A stretch of DNA of 64,000 bases from Octopus vulgaris (taxonomy: Eukaryota), in the NCBI GenBank assembly GCA_951406725.2, contig OX597816.1:74462001-74526000 (forward strand). The letters are read 5' to 3'. How positions within the stretch are numbered: position 1 is the first letter of the stretch; each line of letters starts with the position of its first letter. This document shows positions 41,442 through 54,354 of this stretch, piece by piece. The notes below the pieces were generated by a model. The model had not been told where the DNA came from and made no database searches. It saw only the letters and a program-made list of their open reading frames with translations. Position numbers and translations under genes: made by a program.

Positions 41442-42257
41442 AGGCGGCGAGCTGGCGGGATCATTAGCACACCGGGCGAAATACTCAGCGGTATTTCGTC
41501 TGCCACTATTTGCTGAGTTCAAATTCCGCCGTTGTCGACTTTGTCTTTCATCCTTTCGGGGTCGATAAGTTAAGTACCAGTTGAGTACTGAAACTTAATG
41601 CATTCGACTAGCCTCCCCACCCCCCAAAAAATTCAGGCCTTGTGCCTATAATGGAAAAGATTATTATCATGAAGGCGGCGAGCTGGCAGAATGGTTAGCA
41701 CGTCGGGCAAAATGCTTAGCGGTATTTCGTCTGCCCGTTACGTTCCGAGTTCAAATTCCGCCGAGGTCGACTTTGCCTTTCATCCTTTCGGGGTCGATTA
41801 AATAAATACCAGTTACGCACTGGGGTCGATATAATCGACTCAATCAGTTTGTCTGTCTTTGTTTGTCCTCTTTGTGTTTAGCCCCTTGTGGGTAGTAAAG
41901 AAATAGGGATTTCGCCCGTCGCTACTTTCTGCGTTCAGGTTCCCCTGAGGTCAGCTTTGTCATTCATCCTTTCGGGGTCGATTAAATAAGTGCCAGTTAC
42001 GCAAATTTGAGGCCTTGTGCCTATAGTAGAAAGGATTATTATTATTATTATCGTCATCATCATTGTTAGCACACTGTACGAAATGCTTAGGAGTATTTCG
42101 TCCGTCGCTATGTTCTGAGTTCAAATTCCGCCGAGGTCGCTTTGCCTTTCATCCTTTCGGGGTCGATAAATTAAGTGCCAGTCAAATACTGAGGTCGATG
42201 CGAATAATTGTCCCCCTACCCACAAAAACCCAAACCTTGTGCCTATATTAGAAAGGA

Positions 42258-42288
<31 letters not shown>

Positions 42289-42312
42289 TATTATTATTAT
42301 TATTATTATTAT
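41442..42312 (+). mobile_element. Cluster of ~4 head-to-tail or nested SINE family B units separated by (TTA)n
   Basis: Repeated family B cores; nested junction aaagaaata|gggatttcg at 41905/41906. Confidence 0.9.
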
Positions 42313-42513
42313 TAGTAGTAGTAGTAGTAGTAGTAATACCGTTACCAATAGACGTGGTAGATTTCTTATCGAGATTAGTGGAACTACGGGAGTCGCATTA
42401 ATCCAGAAATATGATCTATCAAGAACAGCAGGCGTTGTTCGAAAGTTCCACGATATCAAGGATATTGATTCCAAATATAGGATATTTGCATGTGCCATTA
42501 GATAACAGTTTTA

Positions 42514-42982
42514 CACACACACACTGAAGGTTGATTTTAAAATGTTAACCGAGCAGCAGTAGACTTATGCCAGACAGACATTCTAATCTGTATAACCGCC
42601 AAAGTTTGACCGTCAGCAGGCCAAGCGAAATACACAACAAATGTGTGACGATTTCGTATTTTATGCAATGACTTCTGGACAAAGCTCATCAACACCATTC
42701 TTGTCAAGATCCTAAACCATGATACTTGATCCATTCGCATTCTTTTTATTGTTAGCCATTTGGTAGAGATGAAGATTGTTTCTCTAAAAGTTTAATCGTC
42801 AGGAATCCTTATTGAAAACTAAAACAAATATGTCAGAGAAAATAACTTTACGTGAAACCTCTATGGAGCATGGTGGATGGGTTACAGAAATTGCTACGAA
42901 CCCAATCAATCAAGATAGTATTGTCACTGCTTCGAGAGATAAAACTTTAATTTTGTAGCAATTGACTAAAAATGAACAGCAT
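42514..42982. pseudogene. RACK1: RACK1 processed pseudogene with 5' inversion: C-terminus on minus (42545-42740), 5' UTR and N-terminus on plus (42742-42982)
   Basis: Plus from ATG 42830: MSEKITLRETSMEHGGWVTEIATNPINQDSIVTASRDKTLIL*QLTKNE (RACK1 'GHNGWVTQIAT...SASRDKT..WKLTRDE'); minus: GSSIMV*DLDK..VDELCPEVI...AWPADGQTL..GYTD; stops and frameshifts; TSD CAGTTTTA. Confidence 0.9.
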
Positions 42983-43019
42983 CAGTTTTATTATGACGAT
43001 AAATCAGCTATTTTGTCCC

Positions 43020-43330
43020 AAATTTAGTTATAGGTTTCTTTCATAACGATAATCAATCGGGTCTACCGTGTTACAACACGTTTTTCGGGGCTTTTAAAAA
43101 ATTTTTTTTTAATAACTGCATACTACTTAGTATCAACTACATTGTAGCACTGTGACTTTACAACAATTGATTAGCTCATAACTCAATCACATGGTTTTCC
43201 TGTTGGCTCAGTTTTGTTTGCTTACCATGTTGCCATGAGTCACATTCTACTGGTTAATCAGTTCACTAATGTCAAGTCTTACACAAGCAACCAAGTAAAA
43301 GTGAACGTTAAAACAATGATGACGGCCATT
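43020..43330 (+). repeat. ~300-bp diverged direct repeat, second copy at ~45008-45303
   Basis: Shared blocks 'ttcataacgataatcaatcg', 'attgtagcactgtgac', 'ggttaatcagttcactaatgtcaagtctta'. Confidence 0.85.
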
Positions 43331-43895
43331 TAACTGTACCTACAATTGATTGAATTATTATCTACTTCTGAAGAGCTGGTGTTTCAAGGTGATTTATGCA
43401 ATCACTTACGTAACAATTACCGCATAACATACTAGTATTTGTAAATGAAATACGTGTAAGCATTACGTAATTTATGATATCATAATGAAGAGGTTAACTG
43501 TTTTATTCTGCTATTGCATTCATGTGAGTGTGTGTGTAAAATTGCTTGTACTATACCAATACCAGCGTTTGTCATTCAACCTTTACACTCTATATAAACT
43601 ATCAACTACTTACATCCCCATCGCGTGTCACAGTTTCCTTCTGAACATCTGTAAAGAGAAAACAATAGTATTATTATAGTCTTGACATTGAATGCTTTAT
43701 AAGACATAAATTACATTGTTGCTCGTTTCTTTTTTTTTTTTTAATTTAGCGTCTGTCGTAGGCTGTGGATATTCATGTGAGACATCTCACCTGAACACAT
43801 GCCAGTCAATGTCTACAGAAAAAATAAAGGTGAAGAAACAGAAAATCTGATACGAATACTTAAAACAGTAATTTCACTTAGAAGTGGACTTAGAA

Positions 43896-44308
43896 GGCGC
43901 AGGAGTGGCTGTGTGGTAAGTAGCTTGCTAACCAACCACATGGTTCCGGGTTCAGTCTCACTGCGTGGCATCTTGGGCAAGTGTCTTCTGTTATAGCCCC
44001 GGGCCGACCAATGCCTTGTGAGTGGATTTGGTAGACGGAAACTGAAAGAAGCCCGTCGTATATATGTATATATATGTATATGTATGTGTGTGTGTTTGTA
44101 TGACTGTGTTTGTCCCCCTAGCATTGCTTGACAACCGATGCTGGTGTGTTTACGTCCCCGTCACTGAGCGGTTCGGCAAAAGAGACCGATAGAATAAGTA
44201 CTGGGCTTACAAAGAATAAGTCCCGGGGTCGATTTGCTCGACTAAAGGCGGTGCTTCAACATGGCCGCAGTCAAATGACTGAAACAAGTAAAAGAGTAAA
44301 AGAGAGAG
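43896..44308 (+). mobile_element. SINE family A, near-consensus copy
   Basis: Full length, CpG intact, (gtaaaaga)x2 tail. Confidence 0.95.
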
Positions 44309-45418
44309 TGATGTGTTGACAGTGGTGTTAAACTGGGCCATGTGCTAGATCGTATAATGGGAGTGGTGTGGTATGGGTATAGCGTGGATTTTGGCTATGC
44401 CTACCTTAAATACAGTAACCAAATTAGTCCCCCACCTTCTTTAAAAGTGACATACCTTCAATATATGTGTAGTACATCTTCCCTCCATCCCAATTCCCCC
44501 AAAAAGTGGCAGCCCTACCTATAGGCTGCACATTCCGTACCCTTCACGCTATGCCACAGGAACTTTTATTGATTCCAGATTGAGGGAAAATACAAAATAT
44601 ACTTTAACAGTATTTGAAACGCTAGGATAACATTTTCTGACATAGAACCCCTAGCCCTTGATACTTCATATCGCAGATCAACCGCTTATTGTCTTCAATG
44701 TTTTCGAAAATTTTATCATCCTGAACACCAATAGCATAGCTAGAGACTGTGTACCACCCGCCTTCTTTATCAGATTATATAGCATACCTAAAAGTGCCCT
44801 CGCTCCTAATTACGGCACAGTTAAACACATTGTCAATAAACGAAACACAAAAGTTATTACTTTTGGAAGTAATACATTCCATTTAGTTACAGTCTACGTC
44901 TCGGATCAATGGTGGTAGTGTACTATTACAAAAATTAAATGATGTAATTAATATTAGTAATTTTAGTACAATGTCAAAGTTGCAAAGAAAAACGAAATTT
45001 GAAATATCCTTCATAACGATAATCAATCGAGTCTACCATCTTACGTTTGTCAGGGTTTTTTTTAAAGTTTTTTCTTTTATAACTGCATACTGCATCAGTA
45101 TCAAATATATTGTAGCACTGTGACCTTACAACACTTGATTAGCTCATGACTCTATCGCATGTTTTTCTTATCGGTTCAGTTTTGTTTGGCTTACCATTTC
45201 TCTATATCGGCATGAACCACATTCTACGGGTTAATCAGTTCACTAATGTCAAGTCTTATTACATGTAAACACGTAAGTGAATATCAAAACGATGACGACG
45301 ACTAAAATGATGGTGCTATTGCTGATATATTGGTCACTCTCTCTAATATATATCGATGTGTGTGTGTGTGTGTGTGTTACGAACAACACTGACATCTCTT
45401 GAAATGTTTGATAAACAT

Positions 45419-45832
45419 AGGCGCAGGAGTAGCTGTGTGGCAAGTAGCTTGCTTACCAACTACATGGTTCCGGGTTCAGTCCCACTGCGTGACACATTGG
45501 CCAAATGTCGTGTCTTCTACTATAGCCTAGGACCGACCAAAGCCTTGTGAGTGGATATGGTAGACGGAAACTGAAAGAAGCCCGTCGTATATATATGTAT
45601 AGATATATATATGTATGTATACGTTTGTGTGTCTGTGTTTGTCCCCCCTCCCCAACATCACTTGACAACCGATGCTGGTGTGTTTACGTCCCCGTAACTT
45701 AGCGGTTCGGCAAAAAGAGGCCGATAGAATAAGTACTAGGCTTACAAAGAATAAGTCCTGGGGTCGATTTGCTGGACTAAAGGCGATGCTTTAGCATGGC
45801 CGCAGTCAAATGACTGAAACAAGTAAAAGAGT
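45419..45832 (+). mobile_element. SINE family A
   Basis: Full length. Confidence 0.95.
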
Positions 45833-46432
45833 TAACAAAATATTCTTTTTGTAAACAAAAGAATGTTGTTACTAAGAACGAGAAAAATATCGATTGAGTT
45901 TAGAGATAATTGTTCTTGGATTGGTGTGATTGTAGCAGTAGTCAAAAGGTGTTTAGCCGCTGGTTGTGCCACTGTCTTCTAACGTCTCACGTTCGTCGCC
46001 TGTTCATTGCTTTTGTATTGTCGGCTGCGGCCCGCCATCTTTTCGCCGTTTGTCTGCCGTCTCCTCGCTGTCTATTGTAGTAGCTAAGGTGCGCTGAATA
46101 TATAATGATGTCTAGGCTCAGAAAGAAGCACGTCGTAAGATGAAATTGTTGTTGGAGCCTGTTCCACGTGAAGTCTTGACTGGTCAGCTTTTTTTCGATG
46201 GCGTAGGTAATATTCTAACGAATCGCGACATCGGATACAGTGATCTTGTTGTTAAATAGTCCCGCTACGAACACACACACAGAAACATATATATATGTAT
46301 GTATATGTAAAAAAAAAAAAAAAAAACTGGGACAAGAACGCAAAACATTTAGAAGATACAAAAAACACGGACGGGACATTCGAAGCCTTCAATCTTCAGT
46401 CAAGAACCGGATCCACCTCGCAATTTCGGCTG

Positions 46433-46467
<35 letters not shown>

Positions 46468-47188
46468 TTTATCTTTTGTTTCAGTCAGTCGGCTGCAGTC
46501 ATGCTGGGGCACCGAATTGAAGTGTTTTAGTTGAACGAATCGACCCCAGGACTTATTTTTTTTAAGGATTTGGTACTTATTCTATCGGTCTCTTTCACGA
46601 ACCGCTAAATTATGGGGACATAAAGCCCAAGCCTGGCAGCAGTCCAACGACTGAGACAAGAGACAGACAAACCAATAAAGAAAGAATGGAAGTAAGAGAG
46701 AGAATAAATGAAAGATAGACCTCATTAACACTATCTCTAACAACATAATATAAGCGGTACTTACGACTCATGTGAGTGGGGTGGCTCTTTTCTCACTGAA
46801 AATATAATTCGAAGAAAATTCAAGAAATATAATAGAAACAAACACGAACTAATCAAATACCTAACCAAGTAGGCAATCTTATTTTACCAGTTGGAGTTGT
46901 TTTGATTAACTTAAAAACAGAATGCTAATGTATCCAAGCACCATTCCTGAATTCATAAAATACTTTATATTCCTAATTGTTGGAAACACCTTTCGTAAGA
47001 GCGATGAAATTGACGAGTATATGACCATACGCAAAAGATGCGCGTACGTGTCTATGTACTGTATGCATGATACGTAAATGTATTTGTATAAGTATCTCTC
47101 TCAGTATTTCTCACTGTATATGTATTAAAAGTATGTTTTTATACACACATACACGCACAAATTACATACACACATACACGCACAAATT

Positions 47189-47224
<36 letters not shown>

Positions 47225-47872
47225 GTATGTACGTATGTAAATTAAATATATGTATGTGTGTGATCATCATCATAATTTATGCATACAGCTAGAGCCAAGC
47301 AATATCTAAGATAAACAAGTGTAAACAAATCTTTACACTTGTTTACATTACACGCAGCAATGCTAAACCTGTAGGTATAACTTACTTCAGAAATTTTGAA
47401 TTATTCTATAAAATCTATTGTGCATAGTTTACAGTGCATGTGACCAGGTTGCTGATGTGTGATGAAAATTCAGAAAATAAATGTAAAGTTATTTTAACAG
47501 TATTGTGTTGTTTAGATGACAAAAATGCGTCATTCGTGATGTAATTGACCCGGCTTTAATACACGGTCGACAATCAATTCGTTATCCAAATAATTCCAAA
47601 ATATGTACATACGCACACATGTACTGAAACGTTCAAACTGAGAAAGAATTTGTTTCTTGCATAATTACCTGAAACACGCCTATTAAATGCATACAAAATA
47701 TCGGTATTTCGTTTTACTTTATTACGCACATAGTATGCATATATATATATATATACACACACGTACACACGTGTTTATGTAACTGTTGCTCAAATGAATA
47801 CTCAATGTAAGTGTGGAGTAGAGTGAATATATCAGTTTGTAATAATCTCTGAGACTGTTTTTTTTTTCTGTT

Positions 47873-48322
<450 letters not shown>

Positions 48323-49256
48323 AAGTAAGAATGACTTGAAAGCAACACCGGAAGCGTCAAATCGAATGCTTACGGTATACGCATGCGTATGTTTGGTCTG
48401 CACTGGATAGTTTATGCATATTGAATATTGTAACAGGCTTTCATTTTGGTTATACACCATGTATTGTGTGTATACGCGCGCGTGTTTACGTATGTGTGGG
48501 TGTGTGTTTATGCTGGGCGCATACGCGTGTGTAGGCGCTTTGTATATGTATACGTGGGAATGAGTCTGTGTAGGCCTTATGCGCGCGTGTGTATGTATGT
48601 GTGTGTGTAATTGTATTCAGAGGCCTGTGATGGTTGTATTGATTTGTCTATGGGTGTACTTGTGTGTGTGTGTGGTTTTTTTTTTTATATGTTTGTGACT
48701 GTATGTGAGATAGAAGTATATTTAGTGACCAAACGGAATCGCTGGTGTAGTTTATCAGATTGCAATGTAGGTTTCATACCAGACAATTTTTCCACAGACC
48801 GGAGCATTACGCGCATAAAAGAAAAGAAAAAAAACCCACAAAAAAAAAACAAGACCAGAATATGGGATGTTGTTACACATCGTTGGTCACAATGCACTTT
48901 GCATCGTTCTAGCTTTCGAATGATGCCAACTCCTGATCGGAAAGCTAGTCCATCGCAAGGTTATCAATTTACTGCTGAGTGCACTGGAGCAACATGAAAT
49001 GAAGCGGCTTACTCAAGAACTCAACGCACTGCCGGTCTGAGAATTGAAACTACGATCTCATGGTCGTGATTGCAACATCCATAACCACAAGGGCACGTAC
49101 CTTCACGTACTACATATATAATACAAAAACACCCTACAGACTGCGGTAGTCCATAAAATTAAAATAAAATTAATAAGTACTTTTCCTCTGCGAGCCGCTA
49201 CCAAATTATCCATGACCGGTGGTTGGGGACCCCCTAGTGTATATGATTTGTGTTAA

Positions 49257-49638
49257 TCTCTCTCTATATAAACGGCAGTTTGTCTGTGTGTGTTTCTGTG
49301 TGTCTGTTTGGTTGTACCCTCACCCTGACCACGGCTTTCAACCGATTCTGATGAAACTTGACACACACATAGCCCAATGTCATAATTCAAAACTAACGCA
49401 GCGAAAATTTTGAAAAGTTCCCCCAGTACTGAAAAAAATCGATAAATTCGACATGGCGTCGAGAATCAGAAACACAAACCACAGACTGTCTAGGGGACGC
49501 AACTCGACCTTTTTTAACTCAAAAAAAATTTACCATCATTTTTTTCCATTTTTTTGCTATATTTTGGCTATAACTCTCTAAAAATGCTTTATAGTTATTT
49601 CCCTTACAAACCTGAGTAACGCCGGGCGATACTGCTAG
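49257..49638 (+). mobile_element. Non-autonomous Helitron
   Basis: A|TC...hairpin cctgagtaacgccggg...CTAG|T; 3' part shared with 32852-33247. Confidence 0.8.
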
Positions 49639-49678
49639 TATGTGTATAAGAGTGTATAAAATCAATATAGGAGTATAC

Positions 49679-49828
49679 CTGAACATATCTTGCCTGGTTC
49701 TACCAGCAATCTTGGCGATGTGTCTTGGAACTCTTCTTTACAATAACATATGTAACTTCCATTCGTATTGACGCACCAGGCATAAACTGAACAGTCGTTT
49801 AGATCGGGATATAAGCATTCGTCCACAT
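49679..49828 (-). CDS. Calcium-binding EGF-like domain exon: DVDECLYPDLNDCSVYAWCVNTNGSYICYCKEEFQDTSPRLLVEPGKICS
   Basis: DVDEC..C..C.N..GSY.C.C...C consensus; ttatttcag acceptor, gtatac donor, 150-nt symmetric phase 1-1 exon. Confidence 0.9.
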
Positions 49829-50479
49829 CTGAAATAACAAACACGACTGTTTGTTAGTAATGAGCAGACGATTAGAAGTTACAAATGTATTATGCGCATA
49901 GAAATCTGCAACAGATGAGAAATAAAAATGGTCGGTAAAAGATATTGATTAAATTTAGTGCGGTAAATTTTAGTTTACTTCTTGTTAATTTCAGTCGTGA
50001 ACAGAAGGTTACGATTAATTTTTGCTTTTATTACGTTAAGAAAAATGGTAGCTTCCCAAACAACTTTCAGGGCCTCTGAAAGACAGACTGATGAACGCTC
50101 TCCTGATCATTTTGCTGCATTCAACTGAAGTTTGCTGGGCGAGTAAAAGGATGTCAGATGGAAGTAAGGATTTTGGTGTAGCTATTACGAAAGAACACAA
50201 AAAAAAAAAAAAACGAACGGGAATACTTCTAATGACATTAACCACTAGTCCAAGGGGAGTAGTTCCAATGAACTAAAAGAAAATCCTTTTCACCTAGGGT
50301 TCTGGCTTAGATGATTTTCGTTCCGGTTTTTATAACCAAAACCTAACGACCGGCAGAGAACCCAAACTATACTTTTCCTTTCAGCCTCTTCTGTTGATTA
50401 CCGACGTCATCTCAACTTTTGCATGAAACCGATTGCTAAAATGACTGATATGAGAATATAATATTGTATTTTATTAATA

Positions 50480-51612
50480 ATTATGTCATGGTGTAATGGA
50501 TAGATTGTCGCCATTTTATATTTTCAATTTCGCGCATGCGCATTGATTTCGATTTTGTCGACTACAATGTATGGTCAGTTGAATACTGTCTGCAAGAAAA
50601 ACAACACCATGATGCAATTCACTCTGCCAGAAATTTGGAAACGATATGCTATACTGCTTGGCATTCACGCCGGAAGTTCCAATACGAACATTTCAGAGTG
50701 TTTGAGTGTCAATCTGAGGACAGTGCAGAGGGTATGAGAAGAGTTGTACGAGTCTAATGGTAATTACGAAGATACGGCAGCTCGAAAAACCCGCTCTAAT
50801 CGTTCTAATAAAAGAACGGAATTTGTTAGCGAAATCCAGGCCATGATTGACAACGATCCCTCTAAATCAATCAGGTCCATCGCTTGAGACATGGGAGTGT
50901 CTGAGTTATCAGGCAGGTAGTGAATGAAGACATTCGGGATTCCTCATACAAGATGAGAAAGGGCCTTTTTTATCCATCCCAAACCATCGAGGACAAGAGG
51001 AAAGACCGCGCTACGAAGCTTTTGGACAAAATCACGCATCCCTTGCAACTGGACATACTTTGATCGTTTGGATTTTTCTCAGACGAGAAATATTTCGGCC
51101 CGGATCAAATGGTGAACACACAGACCAACCGTTGGCTTGCCATGTCCCCAAAACATGTACCGAGAGGGATAAAAATCAAACACCAAGGTAAATCATGGTG
51201 TTTGGAGTGATCACTAGTGATGGCGACGTTATGCCTCTTTCCATCTTCCCACACGGCCTCAGACTTAAGACAGAGGTCCACATCAAGTGTCTGGAGGAGG
51301 CAGTGCCACCCTGGGTCAAGAGGGTGGCTGCAAGAAGACCCTATGTCTGGCAACAGGATTCTGCACCATGCCACACAAGCAGGAGAACCCAGTCATGGTT
51401 GTCAAAACAATTTCTGCGACCACATCACTCCTAACATCTGACCACCTAACTCCCTAGGCTGCAACCCCCTTGATTATTATGTCTGGGATGCAGTTGAGCA
51501 AGAGACCAAAAAGATTTCTTATAACACCAAAGATGAACTGAAGGCAAGGATTATGGCAGCATTCACCAACTTAAACAAGGAGACTGTCCAGAAGAGTTGC
51601 AAGAGATTCCAA
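50480..51612 (+). mobile_element. Defective Tc1/mariner transposase, DD37D (maT-type), 3'-truncated
   Basis: WIFSDEK, MVFGVITSDG, YVWQQDSAPCH...PPNS..CNPLDYYVW; 37 residues between 2nd and 3rd D after correcting one frameshift; many stops. Confidence 0.85.
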
Positions 51613-53787
51613 AGTTGGTGAATGCTGCCATAATCCTTGCCTTCAGTTCATCTTTGGTGTTATAAGAAATACCTTAATGCAGTGGAACCACGAATATTCC
51701 GAAGAATAGACAGCTGATAATGAAAAATTTCCTCATCTGTTCCTTGTCATTTTGTACCTAACGTTTCATATATATATATGTATGTGTGTATGCGCGTGTA
51801 TGTACATATGCGCGAGTGCGCGCGCGCACACACACACACACAAGAGTGAGAGAGATGGAGTAAGGGGAGGGAGAGAACAACTGAAACAGATTCTAGCAGG
51901 CAGAAACCAAAGTTATATTTGTGTGTTTATATATTAAACACTGATGAAAAGATAGGTGAATCTTTCATTTCATTTTGTGGAAATGGATAAATAAAATACT
52001 TAAGTGTATATTAGCTTATAATCTTGCTTAACAGCATAGCTGTCATAATTCAGTAATATGACTTTCCTGTCTGACGAACATTTTCGGTTGATGAGTAACG
52101 AAAAGTTTTGTTAAATTGCCAAAAAAAACGAAACGGTTTTACATATTTGAAATAAAATACTACTTGAAATAATTCGTCCATGTATATATAATTCTACTTC
52201 TAACCTTTTTACTAAGAAAGTTTAAGCATATTTCCTCGTCGCTGTTAAAACTATTTGTTCCTGAAAATATTTCTTTAAAACAAACGATCAACTGTTTTCG
52301 TTTTTACGTTTTAATAGTCTTCTTCCATCTTTAAACTACTTGGAATATTTATGGCAAACAAAATGCGAACAAGTGGTAGAGACGGTAGAACACCGCATTA
52401 GATATCTTAGAAAATTTATTTCCATCTTTACGAGTTCTGAGTTCAAATCCATGCTGAGATCGAATTTTGTCCTTGGCTTTCCATTGTGATTTAGATAATT
52501 ACTTGCCATGCACTAGTTTAGGTATAATTAAATTAATGATGCCGCACGAAGCAGCGTTGAAAACAAATATTCGTATAAAGTTATACTTAACACGTTCGAA
52601 TGTATTCGGACCTGACAAGACCTTTCGCTTTGGAGAGAATCTTGGGGCTATTTCCGCAATGAAAGCTAGTAATACTTCCGAAAACACTCGAATGTGTGAA
52701 ATATAACTAGAGTTCTATTTACATTTTCAACTTTGGCCCAATATTAGAAATCATTATAAATCTAAGATATTCTCGAACGTAGAATGTGTTCTTTTATCTA
52801 CACTGGACACCTCTATAGAGTGTGGGGATATGCCTATCGTATTGAGCACGGCTGAAGACTTCTTGATATAATAACAAATAGAAAAACAGAAATTGAGCTA
52901 TTGAAACATTCATTAATTCTACAGCAGCAACGATTTTTATCCCCCACCCCGTGGTTTTATAAGTAGCTACACTTGGGTATTTCAGCGTTCTAAATATCTT
53001 GGTCGCAAATATTGCGTAATGTTAATGGCAGGATATGAAATTGTACTCACTTTGACGATCCGTACTGCCATGGTATGTAATAATTTTTCATATGTACCTG
53101 AAGATGATCGTAGGTGTTTTATTCTAAACGCCCACCTTTTTTTTTTTTATAGTTCTAAGCAAACGAAATGTTGAAGACAACGTAATTTGCTTCAAGTATT
53201 TTTAAACATACCTCATAACTATGCGCTTCGTAACTAAGGGATTTCATATTCAATCCCACTATGCAACGCCTTAACCTTAAATAAACTAATGTCACGTGAG
53301 AGAAATTTAGAGCGTCTTGAAACGTGCGGTCTTCCAACGATACATACAGTAGAAACTGAACCTGTAACTTTATGATTGTGAGCCGAACACCTTAACCACC
53401 AGACTAGTTAGGATATCTACACTAAGAATATCTATACATACAACTAAGCTTGGTAATTTAAAGTATGAAAATATAATGAATATGACAAAAATACAGTATT
53501 AAAACAATTTTGTATGAAACTGATGACAATCATAATAATTAGACGAAAAATATTAAAATAATTACCTAATAGCCCGTTGTTATAGACAGATTTTTCTTTT
53601 TCTTTTTTAACCATAATAGACAATTCCACAGAGAAGCTATAATAATATACTTCCCCTCAATGATACTGCAACTTTATTTGTTGCCTTTAATAATATTACC
53701 ATTTAAGCAAAATATCATGTTGTTATTACGGCAATGGATTACATGTATATGTATATATATATATGTATGTATGTATACATACATACA

Positions 53788-54298
53788 CAGGGCGTCCCAA
53801 AAAGGCGTACTCACTCTTTGACTTCCCAGTACTCATGCATTTTGTATTCAAGTAGATGTTAATTGATATACATACACTCCTAAAAAGTTAAATTAAATTC
53901 AGGAAAATAAATTGTAGAAACGATTATTTATTGTCATTTAGTATTATTTAATGTTCTCTCTCATTCCTGCGTGTTCGCAAATGTCCAAACTGCCTTCCTT
54001 CATTTTCCAAACAAACCTGATAACGTCCAAAACTGCCAAACATTTCATTTGGAATTACAAGACGTTCTATTCCAATTTCATTTTTCAAATCACCAATTGT
54101 CACAATTGTCACTAGTTTTGCAGCGTAAACCTTATCTTTGAGACGTCCCCATAAAAAAATTCATTGGCGGGCGTAAGGTCTGGGGAACGTGCTGGAAATT
54201 CAACGCTACCTCTTCTCCCAATACATTTGTTTGGATTTGTTGCATCGAGGTAAGCTCGTACATCACCTGTCAAAGAGTGAGTACTTATTTTTGGGACA

Positions 54299-54302
<4 letters not shown>
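53788..54302 (-). mobile_element. Internally deleted Tc1/mariner element with terminal inverted repeats
   Basis: ggcgtcccaaaaa..gtactcactctttgac / gtcaaagagtgagtac..tttttgggacacc; residual 'IGRRG..EFPARSPDLTP..FF.G'. Confidence 0.8.
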
Positions 54303-54352
<50 letters not shown>

Positions 54353-54354
54353 CA

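Noticed and set aside
44585-47668. Possible alternative downstream exons for the EGF gene (~47607-47668, ~44625-44720, minus)
   Set aside because: Only acceptor-like signals with uninformative peptides
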